DNA of 63,973 bases, counting the filler, from Piptocephalis cylindrospora (taxonomy: Eukaryota): the NCBI GenBank assembly GCA_003614145.1. It is 5 parts of 5 records of this genome, joined end to end, with 100 filler letters (N's around TTAATTAATTAA, not from the genome) between each part and the next. Parts side by side here need not be neighbours in the genome. Positions count along the whole stretch, not along the records: positions 26,144 to 39,052 come from KZ987953.1; positions 39,153 to 52,049 come from KZ987954.1; 3 more parts are not named here. One strand, written 5' to 3'. Positions within the stretch are counted from its first letter, which is position 1. Each line of letters starts with the position of its first letter. Below are positions 38,952 to 51,535 of the stretch, piece after piece. The notes beneath the pieces are model-generated. The model did no database searches and was not told the origin of the DNA. It saw only the letters and a program-made list of their open reading frames with translations. A program made the translations under genes and the position numbers.

Positions 38952-39052
38952 GTAAGATTGGGATATATGATGAGGGGAAGGAGGGGAGGGATGCGGAAGG
39001 AGGGACTGATCCGGGAAGGAGTAACGGGATGGAGGGATAAGGGACGAAGCGA
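38833..39052. repeat. Perfect 78-bp inverted repeat at the contig end (fold-back chimera)
   Basis: 38975-39052 is the reverse complement of 38833-38910. Confidence 0.9.
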
Positions 39053-39152
39053 NNNNNNNNNNNNNNNNNNNNNNNNNNNNNNNNNNNNNNNNNNNNTTAA
39101 TTAATTAANNNNNNNNNNNNNNNNNNNNNNNNNNNNNNNNNNNNNNNNNNNN
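39053..39152. other. Artificial contig linker
   Basis: N44-TTAATTAATTAA-N44. Confidence 0.99.
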
Positions 39153-39506
39153 ATCTGAATTCACCCCCTCACCCGTTTATACCCACCCACTAAACCATAC
39201 CCCTAACAATATCTGCAATAGGGAAGACATTCAAAATAATAAAATAATAAGACGCGTCAATGGAGTTAAATTGTCACTTTGCAGCAAGTCACATAATAGG
39301 CGCGCATAATGGACAAATAGGGCTTTTCAAGGTCCTGCCACCCACAACAAAATGGCACACTAAATGGTGGGGCTCACACACAAACAAGAATCACACGTTA
39401 TGACTACAGGCACCCCTCCCATAGGGACCTGTCCATCCCCCTTGACAAGATATCAGAGGACTTCCTTCTTTCTCTGCCATCTCTTGCTCCATCTGCTCAA
39501 GCTCCC

Positions 39507-40973
39507 ATGACAGACTCGTGCCAAAACCCCAGCATCACTCATCCTGCTCGAGTAGGGAATCTGGCTTGCCAGCGTGACTCCCATCTGTACACACTGGACA
39601 CACAGGTCATCTTGTGCGAGCCCCTGGGAAGTGAATCTAATCTATGGAGGGTGGAATTGGCGGATACAGGTAGGCTCCTTTTCCCTGTCCCTGGAGACAG
39701 GACTACATGAGAAGATGGAGCATGCGACTCACTCACCTTCTCATGACCCAAACAGTACTCTTTCCCGAGGGGGGGGGTCAACCCTGCGACACAGGCTCCA
39801 TCGAAGGTATCCCGGTTGTCCGTGTGGAACGTCAGGGGAACAGATGTCTTCATTATTGCAAAGGTGGTCCTTTAGTGCCAGAACAGCAAGTCAGGGTCCA
39901 AGTGGACGTCCCGCGCCGTACTGATCTGATGCAGCAACATTCTGCTCAGCATTTACTAAGCGCCTTACTCAAGAAGCGCTGCAGCTTGGAAACAACGAGC
40001 TGGTAAGAATTATGATCTTCACGATCCCCTCCCCTGTGTATGAAGTGTTCACACCCCTGCACCTCACCGTAGGAAACTGGGCGAGGAGACGTCGTACATC
40101 CAGCTTGATGGGCCTCTCTCCCCCGAGCAGATGCGTCTGGTGGAGGAGGAGGCCAACTCCTTCATCCTTCAGGATATTCAAGTGACCACCCATTCCTTTC
40201 ACCCGGAAAAGGATCAGGAGGCCTTTGAAGGAATCGGAAGGATGAATCGTCCTGAGGACGCCCAGGACCAGAGGGTTCGGGTGGTGGAGATTCATGATTT
40301 GGACCGGAATCCATGCTGTGGGACCCATGTTCGTCGTCTTGGTCAGCTAGGGTCCACCTCCCTGCTCCGAACCGAGCCCTATCGGGGAGGAACCTGTCGT
40401 GTTCACTTTGTTGCCGGAACCCGAGTTCAACATTACCTACGAACCCTAGAGGACCGGGATCAAGCGATCACGAAGGCCTTGGAAGTCCCTGGCCCGGATC
40501 ACCTTGACCGGATCACCCAGCTCAAGGCTCAGACAAAAGAGGGTAGGAAATCCCGGAAGCTCGCGTTGGAGGAGGCTGCCCTGGTGCTTTGGGCCCCCAT
40601 GCTCCTTTCCAAATCAAAAGACCAAACCTCTCCCTCGGTTCATACTCTGTGGCTTCGGGAAGTCGCTGATGCTGAGTTTATCAAATTCGGCGCCAAGTTG
40701 TGGATGGACCGGGTGGATGATGCGGTAAAGACCACCTCGGCCATCGTGGTATGTGCCGGTGGAGCTCGGGTAGGAGGTGAATCGGTTGTCATTGCCGGCT
40801 CTCAGGATTTGGTTCAACGTCTCTCAAAGCACTTCACTCTCCACATCACTGGGCTGCGGGGAGGCGGTGGACGGGGGATGTGGTCAGGCAAGGCCGCATC
40901 TGGATGGGGGAGCGAGGAGGCACTGGAAAGACTCCTTCGTCAAGTGGAGTCGGCCTCTTTTCTCCAAGAATGA
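39507..40973 (+). CDS. Free-standing alanyl-tRNA editing protein (AlaX/AARSD1-like); introns 39670-39755 and 40003-40072
   Basis: VGNLACQRDS, DT|VLFPEGGGQPCDTG, Zn ligands MQQHSAQHLLSA and DRNPCCGTHV, C-terminal RGGG. Confidence 0.92.
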
Positions 40974-41124
40974 GAACAAAAGCCATTTCATGGAACATGT
41001 TTGGTGCGAGAGGGTCCCGTGTTTATTTCGGCCCATTGATCACCGAAACCACCCGTGCCACCAAATATCGATAATAGTTACTTTTTTCTTTAAAAGAATT
41101 CATGATAGAGTGAGCAGAAGGGAT

Positions 41125-42370
41125 TTATGATGGAGTAGGAGGAAATAGGTTACCAGGACCATTTCCTATTACCTCAAAAAGCCCTCTTGAAGCTTCAATG
41201 TCCAAGGGGGAATATCCAGCCTGATGTAAGGAAATGTGGATGGGGACGTGTGCATAGATGCGCGGATCTTCTGACCGGACCCCCTTACTTCCCTCCCCCT
41301 CAAAAAGGGAGATGGAAGAGAATTGGTTCAGGGAGGGGAAAGTGATGTTGAGTTGGGTAGATTTGGTCATGGACGTGAGTTGGAGCGTTCGGTCCCCCCC
41401 ACCACCCTCATTCACCCTCCACTGAGCCGAGGAGAGAGTGTAGGAAGAGAGGTTAATCAGGGCCCTGCCTGGGATTGACAGGATCGAGATGCATGGGGAC
41501 TTGAAGATCTTCCATCCCGAGGTTACATCCTTGGTATATTCCAACTAGAGAAGCCATGAGTAAGAAGTCAGATTAGCAATACTGCTCCATCCCGCTTCTT
41601 CATACCATGAGAAAGGCCCCAGGTAGGGACTCAATGTGGGAAAGGGTAAGGGAAAGCCCATGCTTGGGGAAAGAGGTGCCCCAGGTTTTAGTCAAGGATA
41701 GGGTGGACTCCTCAGAAAGTGAACTGTTTCCGTCATTATCATCCCGGCCCCATACCCATCCAGACACCCGACTTGTACCTGCAATGAGAGCATGCGACTG
41801 ATCTGAGGGAAAGTAGGACCAGGGCCCCATGATCGTGGGATGGAAGATGGATCCAGGAAAAGGCGCTGGATCTGCCAAGTTCACTTGAGCCTGAAGGCCC
41901 ACTCCATCCAATTGGGATGATGAATCCGCATCCAGGATGAATCCGCGATTGGAGAATCTACAATGCTCACCCATCCCAAAGGCCCACTCCGAGACACCAT
42001 CCAAGGATGTCAATGAAGCCAACGGGTACTGCGTGTAATGAGTCTTTGGACGGTCAGACCGGGCCACAAGCACAAACGCATATCCCTCTCCCTTCTCGGC
42101 ACCACGGTACATTCCGGGGCGTACGAGAATGGATCGGGTTTCCGTGGTCAAGATGTACGTCCAGGTCTCGAGACGAGACGCCCCCCAAGGCCCAATACCA
42201 TCAGCCTTCGGGGCCCCCTCTGGAGAGATAGAATACGGGATGAGCAGGGATAGGAAAGGAAGAAGAAGGGCAAGGTACAGAAGTGGGGAGGTTTGAGACG
42301 AGGCACTGCTGGCCCTGAGCTCCTCTATCGATACATCAGGCATATCCGGTGGTGGCGTGGGGGAAGACAT
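41125..42370 (-). CDS. Divergent tocopherol-cyclase-like protein with an N-terminal TM/signal anchor; one intron at ~41546-41602
   Basis: ETWTY (cf. EGWYY), TIMGPWSYFP (cf. GIMGPFSxxP) and TKTWGTSFPK (cf. EKNWGxSFP) occur in the expected order. Confidence 0.6.
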
Positions 42371-42792
42371 ACTGCGGAAGACGGGAAGATGCTGGGAAAG
42401 GGACGGACGAGATGCGCTTTGGGACGTGTCCCAAGTCAGAATGCTATTTGTTGTACATCAATTCTCACGAGAGATACTAACCTCTACACCCGTTGGTTCT
42501 GTAAAGGACGGCTCACACCTGCGTACCTCAAGCGGGACTTACACGCTTCTGACACGACCAACACAGGCCACCTGGGTGTGGGAGATGTATAAGTATCAGG
42601 CAGAGCACTTGCTGGAAGAATCACGCTCATTTTCCCCAGTCTCCTGTCCCCTCCCTGTTGTTGCTGTTGACATCCGAGATGAAAGAACCGAAATATCATA
42701 TTCCTTTTATCAACTACAATGGGGGGATCCCCTCTTTAGGTCCAGAAGCACACGACCAGACACCTTCCTTTCCAGGACCCGTAAGTATCCGG

Positions 42793-44517
42793 TCATCCTC
42801 GAAGTAATCCCCAGTGAGCCAAGGTACCGCGAAGAAGGCTTGAATAGGTCGTCGAGGGAGAAGGTTCCGCAGAGGGCAGGGTATCTTGGAGTTCCTCGAT
42901 CTTGGGGACGGCCTCTGATCGGCGTCTCCGCTCCTCGGGCCGCTCAATGTGCCGTCGCCTACCCTGCTTCTCCTTCCTCCGTCGCTTCTCCCGCAGGGAT
43001 GAGGCTTGCTGTATCTTCCAGGCCTCCTCTAGCTTCTCTCGCATCCTCAGGACCCCGGCACACACCAGACCTCGAAGTACCCAGGAGGTCCGGGGATGCA
43101 CCACGGGGTGGAGCGGGTACATATCCCGACGCGTTAGGGCATGCAGCTTCATCCATCCAGGTGTGTCGCTGGTCAGACCACATGCATCACACAGGAATCG
43201 CTCTTCTCGAAATGGTCCAGATCTCCGCACCCGAGAGGCCAAGGATGTTCCTGTGGGCTCGAGGAGGATGGCATCGGGAAAGTAGTAGATGGTCCAGCCC
43301 GGGGGACAATCCTGTATCGCGCGATATGGAAGCGGTCTACACGGCTGGGGCAGACGGGGATGATGGGCTCTCCAGTACCGATATTGCAGCTGGGTCCATC
43401 TGGGTTGCGTCAGGCCCTTTTGGATCCACTCCCTTCGACGGCCCTCCTCCTCCCGAATGTACTTTCTCTGTAGCATCTGGAGATCCCTCGGACTCAGCAC
43501 TCTTCCGACCTGGGGGGGGATTGGCACAGTCGGTGGCCGGATCGGATCTTCTAAGCACCAGTAAATACGATGCGTAGATCCACGCAATCGCTTCCTATAC
43601 CACTGCCTCGCCTCTTTGGCACTCATTGACCCATCTTCCATTGTCCTGGGCGGGGATTGAGATGAGCGGAATGGGGGATGGGTCTGAGAGGGAGAAGGAG
43701 ATGTATGGGCATGAAGAGGGGGTGAATGGGCTTGAGGAAAGGGTGGATGGGCCGTAGGAAGCGATGTATAGGCGTGGGAAAGGGGCGGGTAGATCTGAGA
43801 AAGAGATTGGTGGGCCCGTCGGTCCCTTAGACGAATTCTCTCGACGGATTCGCCATTTCTAGATGGAAAGGAATGGAAAGTTTGGGTACTAACGGATAGA
43901 TCATGTGCATGGGGAGGAGATGAATGACTGGGTAGGGGCTGGGAGGCCGACCAACTCAGTGACACCCCCGCTGGATGGGAGGAACGACGGGGAGGAGGAG
44001 AGTGGGGCTGAGCCTCGGTCTGTGAGGGCACATGGGATGAGACGAGGGTGGCCGAGGATAGGGAGGATAAGAGGGCTGCGGGCATGGGAGGAGATGTGGG
44101 CATGGACATGGGATACTGTGGGATAAATGGTCCCTGGGGGTCATGTCGTGAAATGGGATCCTGTGGATACGTTGGATGCCGAAGAATGACCTCTTCTTCC
44201 CCTCGTTCCTGAGGAGATCTTTGGGGAGAGGATCGGCCGTAACGAAGCCAGGACCAGGGCCCTGTCCGCCTTTGGACCCTTGGGGGTGGATGAGAAAGAA
44301 CAGGGGTTGGAAAAGTTGCTAATGGGGTATAGACGGGATGACCTTGGTGAGGAGAGGGAAGGGAGGAGGGAGGTTCTCTCTGTGTGGGCTCAGAAGGCTT
44401 CGATCGTGATGGAGAGGAGAAGGAGGGTGCAGTCATGAAAGACGGATCAGGAGAATCGGATAGGTACCCTTCCTCTTCATCCTCCTCCACAATGGGGTAA
44501 GCAGTGTCTCGGGACAT
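42793..44517 (-). CDS. Hypothetical Pro/Ser-rich protein with a C2H2-like Zn finger
   Basis: Open frame of ~574 aa from MSRDTAYP; FLCDACGLTSDTPGWMKLHAL near the C-terminus. Confidence 0.65.
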   Translation of the reverse strand: MSRDTAYPIVEEDEEEGYLSDSPDPSFMTAPSFSSPSRSKPSEPTQREPPSSLPSPHQGHPVYTPLATFPTPVLSHPPPRVQRRTGPWSWLRYGRSSPQRSPQERGEEEVILRHPTYPQDPISRHDPQGPFIPQYPMSMPTSPPMPAALLSSLSSATLVSSHVPSQTEAQPHSPPPRRSSHPAGVSLSWSASQPLPSHSSPPHAHDLSVSTQTFHSFPSRNGESVERIRLRDRRAHQSLSQIYPPLSHAYTSLPTAHPPFPQAHSPPLHAHTSPSPSQTHPPFRSSQSPPRTMEDGSMSAKEARQWYRKRLRGSTHRIYWCLEDPIRPPTVPIPPQVGRVLSPRDLQMLQRKYIREEEGRRREWIQKGLTQPRWTQLQYRYWRAHHPRLPQPCRPLPYRAIQDCPPGWTIYYFPDAILLEPTGTSLASRVRRSGPFREERFLCDACGLTSDTPGWMKLHALTRRDMYPLHPVVHPRTSWVLRGLVCAGVLRMREKLEEAWKIQQASSLREKRRRKEKQGRRRHIERPEERRRRSEAVPKIEELQDTLPSAEPSPSTTYSSLLRGTLAHWGLLRG

Positions 44518-46402
44518 GAAAAGATGAAGTGACCAGAGGCTTTGGTGGATAGGATCAACAATGAGTAAAGGAATGGGATAAGAGAATAATGAAAGGGCGA
44601 GAAAGGAGACATGGCCCGTGGACACGCCCTAGAGGAGCGCTTTCTTTAAAGAGAATTTCAGATGGTCCTTGGCCTCCCATGCTGATGAGGAAAAGAAGAC
44701 GATGTATGAAGGTGGGCATGACGGATGATGGATCCTGCCGTCCAGGCCCTCACGCAGTGCAGCATGGCTCGAAGAGCAAAAAAAGAACCGAAACACGTGC
44801 TTGATAATCTGCACTTGGATGAAGGAAAATGCGACCGGGAAGGAGGGTGAGATGAAGAGGGATCAAAAAGAATAGAGAGAAGTCAACTAGGACAGGACGG
44901 ATGCCAATGTCATGGGAGCCCCTTGGCGTCGATGGTACACTGGATGAAGAAAAAGGGTCCTCTCCCTTGTTGGACCGAGTCATCCTTCCCAAGGTGAAGA
45001 TGGATTGGTGGAAGGGTGGCATTGTCTTTCATTCCTTTTTCTCACACCACAAGGACAATGCCATGGGAGCTGTGGCTCGCCATCTCTCAAGTCGATGAGG
45101 CACGATATGAGGGAGGGTGTCATTTCATGTTCAAAAGCGATACCTCAGGGGCCAAGAAGGGAGCTTGATGGGTAGGAGAGAGAACGATACACTGCTCGCT
45201 CAAGATGCGCATCAAAGGCTCAAACACTACACACCGCTTCTCCCTCTTACTCAACGAAGAAACTCTTGTAGATCATTCAAGGACTAGTAAAGCCCTTACC
45301 TTTACTCAATATGAGGAGCATACGCGATTCCTTGATTTTCCACTTTCTTTAAGGGCAAGGGACGATCACATCGAGCTGTGTAGCCATCCTCCCTTGATAA
45401 GACATGATACATCCTCACGACCCTCACATCGAAATAGGCGGGGGCAAGTCATTGAACAACACTATCGTAGATCATGGAGTGCAGGGAGAATGGCCAGTCG
45501 GGGAGGGGGGATTGGCCACTGGTGCCACGCATATGGGCCATAAGGCAATTCATGCCTTTGAATCCATCTTGCCTGCCTCACTAGGGGGAAGGGGGCGATC
45601 CAAGCATTTCTTCCCATCACCAATGACCAAGGCGTACACGGGCCTGTCGATGCATCTACACTACCAGCGTACGTTGATACTCCAAGTCCCCCATCGGAAT
45701 TCTAGAAGAAGATGGGGAAAAAAGAGTCGAGGCCAGCTCAAACGACTTGATTACAAGTCAGCCTATCAAGCGCCACTGAATGAAGAGTCCGAGATCGGTG
45801 GCAAAGAGAAGAAGATCCGAGCCAGTGTGTCAGAATTCATACTCTATTCATTGGACGGTAGGTTGAATGTTTTGGCTCTTCATCTATGGCTATACTATAA
45901 TTCCGACCCACTGATCTCGTGCCTTGCAAGCGACCAACTCCGACCCCCTACCTACCTGCCTGTAACGAATATCCGTCTGCCACCTCCATGACCAATGGCA
46001 CGATAAGAAGCATAGCTGGTCGTCTGGACCCAGCCTCCCAATCGTCCCCTCTCTCCACACGCACACAGCTCGTCCTTATATGAATTGGTTTCATCCTGGT
46101 CGCTACCTCCAGCATCTATCTACATTATAGAGAAGCTAGCTGAGCACGCTAGAGAGCGTAAGAAGCTTGGCTTTTTTTTCCCCATCTCGTCTTATGGTAT
46201 AAAAGACAAGCACTGCCCAATCCATCCCATCCCATTCATCCCTATACCCGCCCTCCCTTCCAACTTACGTATCCGTTGGATATACCTTTCCAAAAAACCT
46301 TCATCTTTACGTCCTTACGTGGAACGACGACACGCTTCATCCAATTCACCCAACTGTCTTCTAAAATTTACCTTCCCCCTCCCCCTCCTCCCCTCTTTCA
46401 CC

Positions 46403-47680
46403 ATGAAGATACACGCTCTGCTCCTCCTTTCCGTCCTGCTTTTGCCGATACTGATGGCCCCGTCCGTCGAATCAACACCCATGGGCCTCATAGACAAGAT
46501 AACGGGAAAGGGAAAGGAAAAGGAGAAGAAAAAGGAGAAGGAAAAGGAGAAAGGGAAAAGTCGCCTCCAGAAAATTTTTAGTCGCGAGGGGGCCAGTACG
46601 TCTGCGAGTCTCCCCTTGAAACCGAATTACTCCTCAAGTTCGAAGGCCCTACCTGACCTTCCACAGTATGCCTCCACTTCCAACGCGGGCTCAAGCGCAT
46701 TCAGCAACCTAGGAAAGCAGTTACACCAACTAAATTCGCTTACCCAGAGCTCTTCCGTGCGACGATCTAAAAGCCAACAACTCAGTCCTTCTGCTCCTAG
46801 AAGGCGAGCTTCGACTGCCTCTAATGCCTCTAGCAACCAATCCATTGGTGATACCTTGGTGGGGTCCCCTACTGTCGAATCCAGGAGGAAAGGTGCCAAT
46901 GAGTTATTCCGCGATGGTATCCCGTCATCCCCATACCACGAACCCACGAGTCCGCGCGATCCCTCAGCTCCCCCCTTTTCCAAACTGAACATGGATAGCC
47001 GCGTTAGTAGTCGTGGCAGACAAAGTAGCAGTGGGGGGTCCTCTATAGAGCTAGCTGTGCCAAAGCAGGCCACCACCGTCAAGAAGGCCACTGCTAAGCC
47101 TCTGACTATAAACACTAAAACAAAATCCAAGCTGAGATCACCACGTCGATCAACCTCCACCACGAGCTTTTCCAGCGACGCGGCCACCAATGGAAATGAT
47201 ACACCCAGGCCCCGTACCGACTCTTCTTCTTCCGCCCATTCGAAAGACTATTACACTAGCTCTGGTATCTCCTCAGTCGGCCCATCCAAGCGGGAGACCA
47301 GTACGTCCATAATCCGCTCCGCCAGTATGTCCAGAGGGCCGTCCAGCCAATCAACCAGCTCCATATCCAGCACCGGGGCCGTCATGAATGGTCCCAGCGC
47401 CAAGTCGTATCTTTATTCCAACCCGGTGACCCCCACGTCCAAGTCGGCGGCCACCACGTCCAAGGCGTCGTCGGCCAGCATGCTTAAAAGCCTGTCCAAC
47501 AGGTCAAATAGCTCCTTTTCCAGCACTGGAGCTGTCGCTAGCAATAGCTCCATTTCCCCAAGACATGCTTCATCTTCTAGCACAACCAAAAAAACCCGTA
47601 CCTCTTCAAACACGACCCAGAAACCCCATACCTCTTCAGGCACAGTCAAGAAATCCCGTTCCAGCTCTAGTCTGAGTTAA
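46403..47680 (+). CDS. Secreted Ser/Thr-rich protein, copy 1 (candidate effector)
   Basis: TATAAAA at 46198; CACCATG context; signal peptide MKIHALLLLSVLLLPILMAPSVES; KEKEKK basic tract; intronless. Confidence 0.8.
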   Translation: MKIHALLLLSVLLLPILMAPSVESTPMGLIDKITGKGKEKEKKKEKEKEKGKSRLQKIFSREGASTSASLPLKPNYSSSSKALPDLPQYASTSNAGSSAFSNLGKQLHQLNSLTQSSSVRRSKSQQLSPSAPRRRASTASNASSNQSIGDTLVGSPTVESRRKGANELFRDGIPSSPYHEPTSPRDPSAPPFSKLNMDSRVSSRGRQSSSGGSSIELAVPKQATTVKKATAKPLTINTKTKSKLRSPRRSTSTTSFSSDAATNGNDTPRPRTDSSSSAHSKDYYTSSGISSVGPSKRETSTSIIRSASMSRGPSSQSTSSISSTGAVMNGPSAKSYLYSNPVTPTSKSAATTSKASSASMLKSLSNRSNSSFSSTGAVASNSSISPRHASSSSTTKKTRTSSNTTQKPHTSSGTVKKSRSSSSLS

Positions 47681-49577
47681 CTTGAATCATCGACCTTCAG
47701 TAGACAGCAGCAAGGAAAACGATCGGTAATGTGTAACACAGCCACTTCATATTCCCTAGAGCCAGTAGCCTGGATGCAACAGGACGGACGGATTGATATC
47801 TCCGATAAACAGAGGGGAGAGAAGACGGGAGGAGGTAGTGGTAATGGTGGTTGTCCATGATGAGATGAGGCTTTCTCCTTTTAGGAACTAGTAATGAACG
47901 CGACTGTTCCTTTTTCTTCTCCAATGGTCTCTTTCTGCTCATCCTCATGTAAAGGACGCTTCGTACGGACATAGCCGAGTGGGTGTGGAATACCCTCATG
48001 CTCTGCATGTCCCATTCAATGCACCGCATCCATAGACAAAAACTGAAGTGAGGATTTCCACAACGGACTGGTCAGTCATGCTGCATCAAGATTCAGCCCC
48101 TCCTACTCTCGAAGAGACATCTCCCCTAGCTAGCTAGGTCATGCCCATGCACATCCACCCCAAGTCGGCTCGATGTGGAAGGAGAAAGAGAGGAGGGGAT
48201 GGAGACAATGACACGTTCAGACGAGACCCAATGACGCGCAGTCGGGAACGAAAATAATGAAAAAACGAGCCGTGTCCCTTTACGAAAGGATCGCTCATCG
48301 ATCCTACAGCCCAGTTAGAGGGCATGCGACGTCTGCCGACATCATGCAAAAGTGCGATCCAAGTTAAAGCTTGTCCCATCCCTCCCCCTCCATCCATACA
48401 GTAGCAAGGCATCCTTTACCCCTCTGGTAGATGGAGAAACACTGGACCTTGGGCCGTGGGCGAGAAATGTAGCCCATCCTCCCAGCATGCCGTTTTGACA
48501 AAGGGAATAGCCCCAAGCGCATAGCCCGCCAAGCTCTCCAAAGGGCTCGTGGTATTGAAAAATAGAATCCATCGACACACCTCCCTCACTCATGGGCAGC
48601 AAGTGCTGCTGGCTTTGACGACCGCCCCCTCAACCCATCCTCTCATGGGCTTCTCATAAGCAATGCTGCATGCCGGGGAGACCTGAAACGTGGGCTCCGC
48701 CAACTCGACGGCACCACCATGCATCCGTCAAGAGACCCCATCGCCTGACCCTTTCAATAACCCCCATGAATCAACCTCATAGAATCCTTGTCTACACAGA
48801 GAAGGGGGCATATTCATTTATTCCTCGGCATATCCCCGACGGGATTTCGTTGGAGGCCGAGGCAGAGGGCCGTCCGAACAGGAGCACATTCCAAGGCCCA
48901 ATCCAAGAGCGACATGTTGCTAAAGACGGAGTTGGCCACTCGACCTGCACAGCCAACACGAGAAGAGCCAAGTGACTTTTGTGTCGCTGTAACCATCATT
49001 GCCCCATTGCCCCAGGCCTGTGTCGCCCCCCCTCCTCCCCTACTCGACTCCCAAAGCCTTCCTGCAAAGCAGTATGATCACATACTTGCCGCGGCACGAT
49101 CTGCACCCTCTACCCCGAACCATTACTATCCCTGTCCTCCATAGCAGCACCATCCGCTGAGCCAATAGACGGGAAAGACAGCCCGCCTATCAGCCGAGTC
49201 AGGAAACCCTGCCTACCGCTTTGACAGCATCGGACTTTTCCCCAACATGTTTATTGGCCAAGCACATCAAGAGAAGCGGTCCTCTATCGCCCTCAACTTC
49301 CTCCATCCTTCGCATACTTATACTGTGTTCCAGCCCCTAGAGTAGCCAACCCCGTCCGACCTGGCCCCCTTGAACCCCTTTTTCTGCAACTGACAGGCTT
49401 AAAAGGGCTATTTCTTCAAAACCCAGCCCCAGAGCCCTACTTGCTTCCTTCCTCCCCCAGCCCACTCACGCCCCGTCCCATCCCTCGACCTTTACGCCTT
49501 TACCAGGAACGACCCATCCCATCCAACAAACTGCTCCATTCTATCACCCGTTCTCCACACTTCTCCCCGCCCTCACC

Positions 49578-51048
49578 ATGAGGATTCTCGCCCCAACTCT
49601 TCTCTCTGTCCTGATCTTCTCAGTCGTACTGACGTCATTCGTCGAATCCAGACCTGGATTAAGAAAATTACTCGGGATTCCATCTGATCCAAACAAGAAC
49701 CTCCTTCTTCTGCGGGGTGAGATATGCTTTCCTAAGGACGATTGTTATCCAGTTCTCAGAGGTGGATTTTGGGGCTGCCGCAGTCGTTCCGGGGGCCAAT
49801 GTTGGGGTCAACCCGACATCAACGAAGATAGACAACTATCAGCAAATACTCCCGCAGGCATTGATGCCTATGACCCTCGTAAAATGGATAAGCATCCTGA
49901 GTACCTCGACTGGGCGCTCGGTAAACTGAGAACCCATCCGAATTATGCCGCCTCCAGTATTGGTAGTGACTATGTCCCAGAGTCCATCACCGGACTACCT
50001 CATACCGAAGATGTCATGAGGCGACGCTCCATCGCTGAAAAATCTAAATATGCCCCCAGTGCTCACAGCGTCGACAGACGACACTCCACTAGCGGCTCGT
50101 CTTTATCTTCCGCCTCACGCGTCACCGAATCTCGTCCTTCCAGAGATGGTGCTAAAAATCCGTTTGCTGCCAACCTCGCGTCGACCTCTAATTCAAAGGA
50201 AAGTGCTTCTAATACCAAGCCACGCCACAAGGGAAAAGACCCTCTCTACTCCCGAAAGTCCGCTGCAGATGCGTTTGATGAAAGCAGCAAATGGATGAAC
50301 TTTTTCCAATCCGCTTCCTCGACCGCCAGCTCTGCAAGCAACAAGGACCCCTCCTACAGCAAAAAAACCATTACCCAAGCCTCCCAGCTCATCTCTGAGT
50401 GCTTCTAGCAGATCAGACCAAAAAGGAAGATCCAGCACTTCAGCACTCCGAAAAAGCTCTTCCTTGAGCTCTTTGGCCTCTCCAAGTACTGGTGGCAGTA
50501 ACATAGCCATGTACGCTGGATCTTCGCGAGCATCCAGTTCTTTGAGCCGGTCTAGCTCTATCAGCAGTGTTGGAGCTGTCAACGGGAGCTCTATGCCCAG
50601 ATCTTCGTCATTCACCAGTCTTTCAAGCCAGGTCAAGTCCAAAAAACCTGCTACTGTATCATCCTCAGTCTCGTCAAGTGCTCCAAGATCAAACTCAAAA
50701 ACGACACGTTCCGCTACGGCCAATCGCCAAAGCAGTACTCATTTGTCTACTAAAAAGTCGACCTCCTCTTTCAACGCCCCCCCTGCTTCGTCAAATACCG
50801 CTTCTGGTCGGAAAACCAGTTCAAAAACGACACGTTCCACCACGGCTAATCGTCAAAACAGCGCTTCCGCTATGCCAAGAAAACCATCCACATCTGCGAT
50901 AGGCGGCCGCTCCACGTATCAATCTGGTCTAAACACCCAGTTGAGTAGCTTAAGCTTTTCGGGTGCCAGTAATTCAGGCAGCACTACTTTCCATACCGCT
51001 CGCGAGTCACTCTCCCGTAAGCCTAGCTCAAGTAGCTTCAGGAGTTGA
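49578..51048 (+). CDS. Secreted Ser-rich protein, copy 2; frameshifted at the A7 run 50361-50367 (pseudogene or sequence error)
   Basis: Signal peptide MRILAPTLLSVLIFSVVLTSFVES. Removing one A joins ORF 49578-50408 to ORF 50464-51048 (SKKPLPKPPSSS..). SSISSVGAVNG matches SSISSTGAVMNG in copy 1. Confidence 0.75.
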
Positions 51049-51535
51049 GTCTCTCGGATACGTCTACCCTGATAAGTCCCTACAGAAAGCAGCCTGAATA
51101 CGGGGAGTGGTCTTTCTCGGTGATATCAAATGTTACATTTGGCAAGAATAATAACGAGTATTTTCCCCTCTCAACACATCCTTGATCGCTTCTGGCGTAC
51201 AAGGCACGCCCCACACATGAATCTAAATGCGGGCAGATCAAAGCAGCTCAGGATGCTTTTTCAAGCCCCGTAATGATGCATCGCTAGTATGAAGCGATTG
51301 GTGATGCTTAATCACCCATGCAATTTTCCTTGGAAATGAACATCTACCCAATCCCTGCAGCATCAGTCTCTAAGGGAAAGAGCGTATTATGGGGAAGAAA
51401 GCTTAACCGATCAAAGGCAACCCCTGTCAAAGCCCCTCCCTCCTTAGATGGTCTGATCTTTACAGCCCTGATTGGAGCGGCAATCCATCTTACTTGGCCC
51501 TATTCAGCTGACCCACACATATCCCCTCCATCACC

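Noticed and set aside
42357..43577. 406-aa plus-strand ORF
   Set aside because: Antisense shadow of the 42793-44517 gene; no recognisable motifs.
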